A DNA stretch of 37,410 nucleotides from the UHGV virus genome UHGV-1374559; one strand, 5' to 3'. Positions 8,669 to 16,972 of this stretch are shown here, piece after piece. The notes beneath the pieces are model-generated. The model ran no database searches and was not told where the DNA came from. It was given only the letters and a program-made list of their open reading frames with translations. Every line of letters starts with the position of its first letter. Position 1 is the stretch's first letter. Origin of the DNA: a virus. A program made the translations under genes and the position numbers.

Positions 8669-10344
8669 TTAAGCAAAAACATGTCGATTACTATATACAA
8701 CAATATAAAAAAGGTGAAATAAAACTTAATAAAGAAAGAATTCAACTAATAGAGTATCTAGAAAGAGATATACTTTCAAGAGATGATATATATTTTAATG
8801 ACAAAATGATAGACGATTGTATCAATTATGGTGAGAAATGGTTTTTTGAATTACAGCCATTTCAAAAATTTTTGATTGCTTTCGTCTTTTTGTATTTTAA
8901 AAAGAATAACAGAAATTTTTATCGTAAATTTCTGTGGATGTTTGGCCGTGGTGGTGGTAAAAATGGGCTTCTTTCTGTCGTTCTTAATTTTTTACAAACT
9001 GAATTACATGGAATTCTAGATTACAATATTTCGATTGTTGCAAATTCAGAAGATCAAGCAAAAACTTCTTTCGAAGAGATTTATAATACAATCAAACGAA
9101 ATAAAACACTTCAAAAAGCTTTTGAGTATGGAAAAACAGTTATAACCTCTAAAAAGACTGGCAGCTATATAAGATTTAGAACGTCGAATGGCGATACTAA
9201 AGATGGTTTAAGAGATGGAGCGGTAGCTTTCGACGAAATTCATCAATACCCTTCGAACAAAGATGTAAAAGTGCATATTTCTGGATTAGGAAAAAAGCCG
9301 AATCCTAGAGAATTTTATGTAGGAACAGATGGATATGTTCGAGAGGGATTTTTAGATTCTCTTAAAGAAAAAGCCAAAAGAGTGTTAAACGGTTCTAGTC
9401 GACCTAATGCTATTTTCCCTTTTATTTGCAAATTAGATTCAGAAGACCAAGTGACAGAATCAGAAAACTGGGAATTAGCAAATCCGATGTTTCATCAACC
9501 TTTATCAGAGTATGCCGAGAGCCTTTTAGAAACTATTTTTGAAGAATACGAAGACTTAGAGGACGATCCGTCAAATAGAGAAGAATTTATGACTAAGCGG
9601 ATGAATTTACCAGTTACAGATTTAGAAAGATCAGTGGCTAGTTACGAAGAAATAATGGACACCAATCGTCCTTTACCAAGTTTAGAAGGTAGACAAGCAA
9701 TTGGATGTTTGGACTTTGCCAGCTTGCGAGATTTTGCGGCATGTGGTCTTTTATTTAAAGATAGGGATGACTATGTTTTTAAAACACATTCATTTGTTAG
9801 AAAGCAATTTGCAGACATATATTATGGATATTCCAGGAAAGCATCAGAACAAACAAAAGAACGATTCGCACCGATAAAAGAATGGGAAAACAGAGGATTA
9901 TTATCTGTAGTTGATGGAGCTACAATTGAACCACAAACAGTTGTCGATTGGTTTGTTGAACAACGATATAAATACGGAGTTACAAAAATTGTTGCCGATA
10001 ATTTCAGAATGGATGTATTGAGACCGTTACTAATAGCTGCGGGATTTGAAGTGGTTGTGATAAAAAATCCTAGAGCAGTCGATAGTTTACTTGCACCGAG
10101 AATAGAAACGGCGTTTGCTAATAGACACATCATTTTTGGAGAAAATCCGTTAATGCGGTGGTACACGAATAATGTATTAGTAAAGACCAACAATGATGGA
10201 AATAAGACGTACTTAAAAAAAGAAGAAGTCAGAAGGAAAACAGATGGATTTAAAGCATTTGTATGCGGTATGTATTTAGCAGATGAACTCACAGATTATA
10301 ATTTTGAAGATGCATTCGATATATTAGAAGAATTAGACTTTTAA
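8665..10344 (+). CDS. terL: terminase large subunit
   Basis: Walker A-like FGRGGGKNG. Size 559 aa. Typical Terminase_1 organisation. Confidence 0.85.
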   Translation: MIKQKHVDYYIQQYKKGEIKLNKERIQLIEYLERDILSRDDIYFNDKMIDDCINYGEKWFFELQPFQKFLIAFVFLYFKKNNRNFYRKFLWMFGRGGGKNGLLSVVLNFLQTELHGILDYNISIVANSEDQAKTSFEEIYNTIKRNKTLQKAFEYGKTVITSKKTGSYIRFRTSNGDTKDGLRDGAVAFDEIHQYPSNKDVKVHISGLGKKPNPREFYVGTDGYVREGFLDSLKEKAKRVLNGSSRPNAIFPFICKLDSEDQVTESENWELANPMFHQPLSEYAESLLETIFEEYEDLEDDPSNREEFMTKRMNLPVTDLERSVASYEEIMDTNRPLPSLEGRQAIGCLDFASLRDFAACGLLFKDRDDYVFKTHSFVRKQFADIYYGYSRKASEQTKERFAPIKEWENRGLLSVVDGATIEPQTVVDWFVEQRYKYGVTKIVADNFRMDVLRPLLIAAGFEVVVIKNPRAVDSLLAPRIETAFANRHIIFGENPLMRWYTNNVLVKTNNDGNKTYLKKEEVRRKTDGFKAFVCGMYLADELTDYNFEDAFDILEELDF

Positions 10345-10356
10345 GAGGTGATAGTT

Positions 10357-10524
10357 ATGTATAAACCACAATACCTAAATATTGTTAGGGCAACGAAATC
10401 AGCTTATGGAAACAATATTGCATATTTCAAAAAGACATTCGTTACTCATAACGGCTATAAATGGGATGTGCCAGCAAAAAAAGAAAATAAATCGGGTCGT
10501 CATTTTTTAGGAAAAATAAAATAA
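10357..10524 (+). CDS. small hypothetical protein (55 aa)
   Basis: ATG with AAGAGGTGA RBS. Below the ORF-track size cutoff. Confidence 0.3.
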   Translation: MYKPQYLNIVRATKSAYGNNIAYFKKTFVTHNGYKWDVPAKKENKSGRHFLGKIK

Positions 10525-10559
10525 ATAGTACTAGATGTCGACGGAAAGGGGGTGAATGA

Positions 10560-11735
10560 GTGAGTTTATTTGACTTGTTAAAAGGTACGTCAGCTAAAAA
10601 CAAAGCTATTCAAGAAATGTTGGATTTTGAGTTTATAAACGACGTATCTACTAGAGCATACTTAAAGCGCTGGGCTTTAGATTCTGTTTTAAATTTTGTC
10701 GCTAGGACCATGTCAACAATGCAGGTACAAATAAGAGGTGCCACGAAAGAAGAATGGGACTATCTACTAAACGTACGTCCCAACAAAGATATGTCAGCGA
10801 ATGATTTTTGGCAAAAATTCTTTTATACACTTTTAAAAAATAACGAAGTGTTAGTAGTTGTTTCCGATGATAATCAGTTATTGATTGCAGATGATTTTTA
10901 TAGAAATGAATATGCACTATACGAAGATACATTTTCGGAAGTAACTACAAAAAACTACACCTATCAGAGGAATTTCAAAATGTCGGAGGTTATTTACCTT
11001 CAATATAACAATGAAAAATTAGATAAGTTCACCGATGGTCTTTTTAATGATTATGGTGAACTTTTTGGTCGTATCTTAGAAGTGTCTATGCGGAATAATC
11101 AAATTCGAGCAGGTGTTTCCATTGATCAAACAGGTAGTTATGGAGATAAAAAGGACGGAAACGGAAGAACCGATCAAGAAAAAATACAGGCATTCGTTAA
11201 TAAGATATACAAATCTTTTAGAAATAACTCGGTAGCAATAGTTCCACAACTGAAAGGTTTTAAATACGAAGAGTACACAAATAAAACGGGCTCGTCTAAT
11301 CAATCTTTGGAAGAATTGGACCAAATGAAAAAGTCATTAATCAATGATGTTTGTCGTGCCATTGGTGTTCCTTCTGCATTAGTACATGGAGAAATGGCCG
11401 ATCTAGAATTTAATCTAAAAGCCTATCAAAAACTTTGTATTACTCAATTGAAGGACAAACTACAATCAGAACTTAATAATAAAGTTTTGGAAAAATATGA
11501 GTACCAACAAGGTGTACGAGTGGTAATCATGAATGTTCTTAAACGTGATCCGTATGAACAAGCTGTACAAATTGATAAATTAATTGCTTCTGGAGTATTC
11601 ACGCCTAACCAAGTGTTAATTGATTTTGAGTATGAAGAATCAGAGGAAGCATTTATGAACGAGCACCATATTACTAAAAACTATGAAAAATTGAAAGGGG
11701 GTGAAGATGAAGATGACAGTGAAAATCAAAGTTAA
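10560..11735 (+). CDS. portal protein (HK97-family)
   Basis: GTG start with AAAGGGGGTGA RBS. Size and position after terL. Confidence 0.8.
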   Translation: MSLFDLLKGTSAKNKAIQEMLDFEFINDVSTRAYLKRWALDSVLNFVARTMSTMQVQIRGATKEEWDYLLNVRPNKDMSANDFWQKFFYTLLKNNEVLVVVSDDNQLLIADDFYRNEYALYEDTFSEVTTKNYTYQRNFKMSEVIYLQYNNEKLDKFTDGLFNDYGELFGRILEVSMRNNQIRAGVSIDQTGSYGDKKDGNGRTDQEKIQAFVNKIYKSFRNNSVAIVPQLKGFKYEEYTNKTGSSNQSLEELDQMKKSLINDVCRAIGVPSALVHGEMADLEFNLKAYQKLCITQLKDKLQSELNNKVLEKYEYQQGVRVVIMNVLKRDPYEQAVQIDKLIASGVFTPNQVLIDFEYEESEEAFMNEHHITKNYEKLKGGEDEDDSENQS

Positions 11736-12477
11736 TGGGCCAATCATTTCTAATGATGATAAATGGTTCTATGAGTTGTTTGACATGGAAGCAACATCCC
11801 CGAACGATGTTTTAGATTTGTTACCTGCAAATAATGAAGATGTGGAAGTGACTATCAATTCATATGGCGGGCTAGTGGACATGGGGAATGAAATTTATAC
11901 AGCTCTGCGTTCTTATGAGGGGCATGTGAAAGTTAACATTGTAATGGCTGGAAGTGCTGCAAGTATCATTGCGATGGCTGGTAAAACAGTTGCTATTAGC
12001 CCAGTTGGTCAAATTATGATTCACAATGTCGCAATGGGAGCTGGCGGCGATTATCACACAATGGACAAAGCAAGTGAGATTTTACAGAAAGCTAATAAAT
12101 CTTTAGCTAATGCGTATGTTTCAAAAACAGGTAAGGCCAAAGAAGAAATTTTAGCGTTGATGGATAAAGAAACATGGTTAACCGCAGAAGAAGCTGTTGA
12201 AAATGGTTTTGCGGATGAAATCATGTTCGAAAATACCGAACGCCCATTATTAGTTGCTGATGGTGGAAGTGGTCTTATTTCAAAAGACATTATCAATGAA
12301 GTGAAAAAACTAAAAAATCAGCAGAACGAACCAGTAGTAATGGTCAATAAAAAAGAATTAAAAGAAATGATTGCTGAAGCAATCGTAGAAGTGAAGCAAA
12401 ACGAAATTACAATTGAACAAACTATCGAACCCAAAGAACCCACGAACGAATCGCCGTTTGCTAGGTTCTTATTTTAA
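11707..12477 (+). CDS. prohead maturation protease, ClpP-like (S14)
   Basis: …SYGGLVDMGNEIYTAL…MAGSAASIIAMAG…IHN… resembles the ClpP catalytic core. Lies between portal and capsid. Confidence 0.8.
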   Translation: MKMTVKIKVNGPIISNDDKWFYELFDMEATSPNDVLDLLPANNEDVEVTINSYGGLVDMGNEIYTALRSYEGHVKVNIVMAGSAASIIAMAGKTVAISPVGQIMIHNVAMGAGGDYHTMDKASEILQKANKSLANAYVSKTGKAKEEILALMDKETWLTAEEAVENGFADEIMFENTERPLLVADGGSGLISKDIINEVKKLKNQQNEPVVMVNKKELKEMIAEAIVEVKQNEITIEQTIEPKEPTNESPFARFLF

Positions 12478-12503
12478 TACACATTTTTAGGAGGAATTTA
12501 AAT

Positions 12504-13649
12504 ATGACAATCAATTTAAAAGGAATGGTCAATTATCAAGAAAAGCGTAAAGCTTTTATTGAATCTGTAAAAAATGGTGATCCACAGGAAAAACAAAATG
12601 AATTATACGAAGTATCTATGAATGCTTTAGCAGAAGACATGGTAGCAGAGGCTAAAAAAGAAGCTCGTATGGAAGCAGAAGAATTTATCAATGCTTCAAA
12701 AATGGATAAAGGCATTACGCCTAAAGAAGTTAAATTCTTTAACGCAGTCACTGAAACAGGCTGGAAAGATGAAGAACTACTTCCTGAAACAACAGTGGAT
12801 GAAATTTTTAATGATTTAACAAGAGAACGTCCATTATTAAAAGAATTAGGCTTAAAGTACACAGGTTTACGCTTGAAAATCTTAAAATCTGATCCAAAAG
12901 GTGCCATTGTTTGGGGTAAAATTTTCGGCGAAATTAAAGGTCAGTTAGATGCAACCTTCAGCGAAGACGATGCAAAACAAAGCAAAGCAACAGCATTTGT
13001 AGTATTACCAAACGATCTATTAGAATATGGTCCTGTTTGGATTAAACGTTATGTAACTACTCAAATTAAAGAGGCATTTGCTGTTGGCTTCGAAGATGCT
13101 TTCCTAAATGGCGATGGAAACGATAAGCCTATTGGTTTAACTCGTGACTTAGCAAAGGGAGCTACTTCAAACGGTGTGACTACTTATCCAGAGAAAGAAG
13201 CAGCAGGAACTTTAACTTTTGCCGATGAAAAAACAGCGATTAAAGAATTAAAAGAAATGCGTAAATACCATTCTGTTAAAGAAAATGGCAAACGTATTTC
13301 TGTCGCTGGGAAAGTAGTTATTGTTGCGAGCCCGGATGAAGCTTTGGATATTGAAACAGAGTTTACTTCTCGTAATGCAATGGGGGACTGGGTTACGAAA
13401 TTACCTTTTGGATTGCGGATTGTGGAATCTGATTTCCAAAAATCTGGAAAAGTTACCACTTTTGTTAGTGGTCGTTACGATGCATTTGCTGCAGGAGCAT
13501 TAGTGATCAAAGAATACGATCAAACATTAGCTTTAGAAGATTGTCGTTTATTCACTGCAAAACAATTTGCGTTTGGTAAAGCACAAGACAACAAAGTTGC
13601 AGCTGTATGGACATTATCAATTAATGGAGACCCAGAGACGGGGAAGTAG
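12504..13649 (+). CDS. major capsid protein (HK97 fold); possible -1 recoded extension to 13711
   Basis: Size and position. RBS AGGAGG. See finding on 3' recoding. Confidence 0.85.
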   Translation: MTINLKGMVNYQEKRKAFIESVKNGDPQEKQNELYEVSMNALAEDMVAEAKKEARMEAEEFINASKMDKGITPKEVKFFNAVTETGWKDEELLPETTVDEIFNDLTRERPLLKELGLKYTGLRLKILKSDPKGAIVWGKIFGEIKGQLDATFSEDDAKQSKATAFVVLPNDLLEYGPVWIKRYVTTQIKEAFAVGFEDAFLNGDGNDKPIGLTRDLAKGATSNGVTTYPEKEAAGTLTFADEKTAIKELKEMRKYHSVKENGKRISVAGKVVIVASPDEALDIETEFTSRNAMGDWVTKLPFGLRIVESDFQKSGKVTTFVSGRYDAFAAGALVIKEYDQTLALEDCRLFTAKQFAFGKAQDNKVAAVWTLSINGDPETGK

Positions 13650-13726
13650 CAATCCCCGTGATTGAAAAAGTCACGCCAACAACAGACGGGGCTGTTGTAA
13701 ATCTGAAATAACAGGGGAGGGATTCA

Positions 13727-14032
13727 ATGACTAATGAACAAGCATTAGAGTTAGCTAGTCTGAACCTAGAAAAATTTAAGAAGCGGATGAAAATTTTTGG
13801 AACGTCGGAAGATGAATCGTTAACAGAAATTTTAGCCGCTTCTTTTTTGCGCCTTGATTCTTTGATCAATCCAGTTAAACCAGAAAGTGATTTAATCTTC
13901 ATAGAACTTGTATTTGAGCGTAGCCGATATTCCTATAATGATTCATTAGAGTTTTTCGAAACAAATTTTCAGCCAGATATACTAGCACAGTCTTTAAAAT
14001 ATGCGGAGGTGTTCAACGATGATACACCCTAA
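13727..14032 (+). CDS. head-tail connector (gp6-like adaptor)
   Basis: RBS GGGGAGGGA. Size and position. Confidence 0.55.
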   Translation: MTNEQALELASLNLEKFKKRMKIFGTSEDESLTEILAASFLRLDSLINPVKPESDLIFIELVFERSRYSYNDSLEFFETNFQPDILAQSLKYAEVFNDDTP

Positions 14033-14393
14033 TTATAAAAAGCCTAAAATTAATAGTGGTAGTTTGAAAACACATGTAGAGTTTTGGGGATTTGATCCAA
14101 ATGATGGACCAGAGCCAGGAGAAGAAAAAAACGAAAAGCTATATGAATGTTTCTCTTTAGCCTACAATCCATCAATGAAAGACATAGAGATATTAAACGC
14201 CAAAGGAACTAAAGAAGGGATGACAATTAAAATCCGTGATCCACACCAAGACTATATCCCAACAAATAAACATAAAGTTATTGTTGATGATTATAGGGTT
14301 TTGCCAACTGGAAAAGAATGGGAAATCATAGATGTTTCACCAGATTTTGAAGATAACCGTTTTATCAAAATCGTTTTAGGGGTTACGTCATGA
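14019..14393 (+). CDS. head closure / head-tail joining protein
   Basis: ATG 14019 with GGAGG RBS. Size and position. Confidence 0.5.
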   Translation: MIHPNYKKPKINSGSLKTHVEFWGFDPNDGPEPGEEKNEKLYECFSLAYNPSMKDIEILNAKGTKEGMTIKIRDPHQDYIPTNKHKVIVDDYRVLPTGKEWEIIDVSPDFEDNRFIKIVLGVTS

Positions 14394-14782
14394 GTGAAGT
14401 AACAGGTGTAGAAGAAATTCTCAAAAACATGGAAGATAAACTAGGAAAAGCAAGAGTAAATAGAATTTCCAATAAAGCTTTAAAAAAACAAGGCGAAAGA
14501 AACAAGCAAATTGTTAAAAAATACATGGCTAGTTATATCGATTCAGGAAAAACACACGACTTAGTTATAAGTAGCGGTGTGAAAAGCAATCCCAAACGAG
14601 TTGAGACAGGCTGGGCTTCGAAGGAACGTGCGCCTATCGTCCATCTAAATGAGTTCGGCTATACACGCTATGGTACTTATGTGCGACCTCGTGGAATGGG
14701 AAAATTACAGGCTGCAGCTGATGAAATTCAAGCGAAAGCATTTGGAAATATGAAGTCGGATATGGAGGAATTAGCTAAATGA
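14390..14782 (+). CDS. HK97 gp10-like tail component
   Basis: Translationally coupled (ATGA). Size and position. Confidence 0.5.
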   Translation: MSEVTGVEEILKNMEDKLGKARVNRISNKALKKQGERNKQIVKKYMASYIDSGKTHDLVISSGVKSNPKRVETGWASKERAPIVHLNEFGYTRYGTYVRPRGMGKLQAAADEIQAKAFGNMKSDMEELAK

Positions 14783-15174
14783 AAGATATGATGATGGAAG
14801 TTTACAATGCCTTGATTGAAAATGGAATAATTAAAGAGCTTGTGACACCTCAAAGAATTAAATTTTACGAAGTACCAGGAACTTTGGATACTACCAAACC
14901 TTTCATTATCATTGATAACTTTCTTGGTCCACAAACCAACGCTTATTTTGCCAACAATAAAGCTTTATCAATTAGGTTTAACTATCAAATCAACGTTGAA
15001 AGCATGGACAGAATGGTAACCAAGCAAATTTCTAAAGCAGTTGAAGAAACAATGAAACAAATTGGTTTTGGTCGCCTAGATGGTGGCTTAGATCAGTACT
15101 TTAACGAAACAAAACGTTTTGTAGATGCAAGACGTTACAGAAAAAATACACAAATTCACGACACCGACTATTAA
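14779..15174 (+). CDS. tail completion / terminator-like protein
   Basis: Coupled. Size and position. Confidence 0.45.
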   Translation: MKDMMMEVYNALIENGIIKELVTPQRIKFYEVPGTLDTTKPFIIIDNFLGPQTNAYFANNKALSIRFNYQINVESMDRMVTKQISKAVEETMKQIGFGRLDGGLDQYFNETKRFVDARRYRKNTQIHDTDY

Positions 15175-15206
15175 GTTGGTGTCTATTTTTTAGGAGGAAA
15201 AAATTT

Positions 15207-15800
15207 ATGCAAACATACGGATTTAGCAGAATCACTATTCAACAATTGGACAATGAATTAAAGCCAGTCGCTGGTAAGAAACATGTCATTGATGGCAAGC
15301 CAAAAGAAGGGGCCGCAGCAAGCTTTGAAATTACAGGACTAACCAAAGAACCGTCAAAAGTTTTCGGTTCAAACATTGCATATTACGTGGCACGTAAAGG
15401 GCACGGAGATATTGCAGCAAACTTAGGTATCTTAGATGTACCATCAGCCATTGAACATGAAATGTTAGGGCATAAAAAAGCTAGCGAGGAAAGCAAAGTT
15501 TATCATATTGGCGAGGATACAGAACCACCTTACTACGCAGTATTAATCGAATCAGAAGATTTATATGGTGAAAAACTTGGCTTCGGCATGTATGCAGGCA
15601 CATTCTCATTAGATGGTGTCAAAGGCGAAACATTAAATGATGACGACTTTACACCAGAGCCTGGCGAATATGTTTATTCTGCTGTTTCTCGTCAAATTAA
15701 CGGTAAAAAAGTTACTGTCGGTTTTGCAGATAATTCAGAAGCTCTAGCAGAATTGACAACAGAATTATTTGGTGAAGAAACACCAGCGCCGGAAAAGTAG
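15207..15800 (+). CDS. major tail protein; possible -1 recoded extension to 15862
   Basis: RBS AGGAGG. Position before the chaperones and tape measure. See finding. Confidence 0.7.
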   Translation: MQTYGFSRITIQQLDNELKPVAGKKHVIDGKPKEGAAASFEITGLTKEPSKVFGSNIAYYVARKGHGDIAANLGILDVPSAIEHEMLGHKKASEESKVYHIGEDTEPPYYAVLIESEDLYGEKLGFGMYAGTFSLDGVKGETLNDDDFTPEPGEYVYSAVSRQINGKKVTVGFADNSEALAELTTELFGEETPAPEK

Positions 15801-15873
15801 CAAGCCCCACAGTGGGAGCTGTTACTCCCACCACAGATGGGGCCAATATTGAATTAAGTTAGGAGGACAAGAA

Positions 15874-16347
15874 ATGTCGTTTATTCCACCAGAAAAATTT
15901 AGACTTTATAAAAAAGGTGAAACTAATCCTGTTGCAGAAGGTGTTTCACCTTTAGCTATTACAGGAATTGCCGCAAATACGGATGTTTTAGCAGGTGACT
16001 TTACTGTCACAGGCGTTGCCACCGTTGACGGTGTAGAAAAAGAATCTGATCATGTCGATGTACCAGCGTTTAAAACACTACCTATTGCAGTAACAGGAAT
16101 TACCTTGGATAAGACTGAATTAGCTTTAAAAGTTGGTGAAACAGCAACTTTAACACCTACAATCATGCCAGAAAACGCAACAAACAAAGTATACAGTTTC
16201 AGTTCTGAAGATACAGCGATCGGAACAGTAACGCCTGTACAGGGAAAAGTAAAAGGAGTTGCGGAAGGTGTTACAAAAATTGTTGGCACAACTGAGGACG
16301 GTAATTTTACAGCAGAATGCACTTTGACTGTATCAGCAGCAGAATAA
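15874..16347 (+). CDS. Ig-like (Big_2) domain protein, tail-associated
   Basis: RBS AGGAGG. C-terminal …TGITLDKTELALKVGETATLTPTI…VTKIVGTTEDGNFTAECTLTV… is a Big_2-type Ig-like fold signature. Confidence 0.55.
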   Translation: MSFIPPEKFRLYKKGETNPVAEGVSPLAITGIAANTDVLAGDFTVTGVATVDGVEKESDHVDVPAFKTLPIAVTGITLDKTELALKVGETATLTPTIMPENATNKVYSFSSEDTAIGTVTPVQGKVKGVAEGVTKIVGTTEDGNFTAECTLTVSAAE

Positions 16348-16361
16348 AAATTTATTGATTA

Positions 16362-16391
16362 AGGACGGCTTTAATTAGTCGTCCTTTTTTT
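16362..16391 (+). terminator. rho-independent terminator (AGGACG-loop-CGTCCT + T6)
   Basis: Stem 16362-16367 / 16380-16385 followed by TTTTTT. Confidence 0.7.
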
Positions 16392-16403
16392 GGAGGTTAA
16401 AAA

Positions 16404-16751
16404 ATGGAACGCAAGATTGAACTTACTTTACGTATTGATGGCGAAGAAAAAACTTTTACACAGGACTTTGTGCCGTTTTCTAAGCGTACAGACTATATAA
16501 AAAAAGAAAATTCACTTAGAGAAGAAAAAACAAGCAAAGGATTAGAACCAACAGCTGACGAGTATTTAGAAATGCAAATTCAATTCGTCGCCGATTTATT
16601 CGATGAAAAGGAACTTACTAAAGAAGCAATCCTTAACGGTATGGATGCTTTAGACATTGACGAAATATGGGAAATTATCAGCTATCGAGTTCTAGGCCTG
16701 TCTAAGACAGATGTGGAAGAGTCAAAAAAGGAAGAGGCGGAGGAAATCTAA
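16404..16751 (+). CDS. tail assembly chaperone (gpG-like)
   Basis: RBS GGAGG. Acidic. Immediately upstream of the tape measure. Contains the slippery heptamer A_AAA_AAG at 16724-16730 in frame. Confidence 0.6.
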   Translation: MERKIELTLRIDGEEKTFTQDFVPFSKRTDYIKKENSLREEKTSKGLEPTADEYLEMQIQFVADLFDEKELTKEAILNGMDALDIDEIWEIISYRVLGLSKTDVEESKKEEAEEI

Positions 16752-16954
16752 GTTGGTCTGAATTTTATGACCTGCAGATTGGTTTTGTCCGTGATTCAGT
16801 TACAGAACTTGGGTGGACGATTCGGGATTTCATGAATACTGATTGCTTGGATATTGATGAAATTTTATTGAAGGCACCAAAGAACAAGAAAACTAAAAAG
16901 AAAAAACAAGAGGTGCGACCATTAAGTGAATTAGTCAAGCGTGGTGGTGCATAA
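16724..16954 (+). CDS. -1 frameshift extension of the tail assembly chaperone (gpGT-like product, 16404..16954 via slip at A_AAA_AAG)
   Basis: Open -1 frame from the heptamer to TAA 16952-16954, encoding …SWSEFYDLQIGFVRD…KNKKTKKKKQEVRPLSELVKRGGA. The gap between chaperone and tape measure has no other start/RBS. Confidence 0.5.
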   Translation, partial: KKGRGGGNLSWSEFYDLQIGFVRDSVTELGWTIRDFMNTDCLDIDEILLKAPKNKKTKKKKQEVRPLSELVKRGGA

Positions 16955-16972
16955 AGGGAAGGAGGTAACTAA

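Noticed and set aside
13647-13665. Possibility that the capsid TAG is simply read through (stop-codon suppression) rather than frameshifted
   Set aside because: The zero-frame continuation is only Q-S-P before a TGA. The conserved peptide and open frame are in the -1 frame, not the zero frame.
15862-15874. Possibility that the tail -1 extension continues into the Ig-like ORF to make a tail-Ig fusion
   Set aside because: The -1 extension terminates at TAG 15860..15862. The Ig-like ORF is in a different frame with its own AGGAGG RBS.
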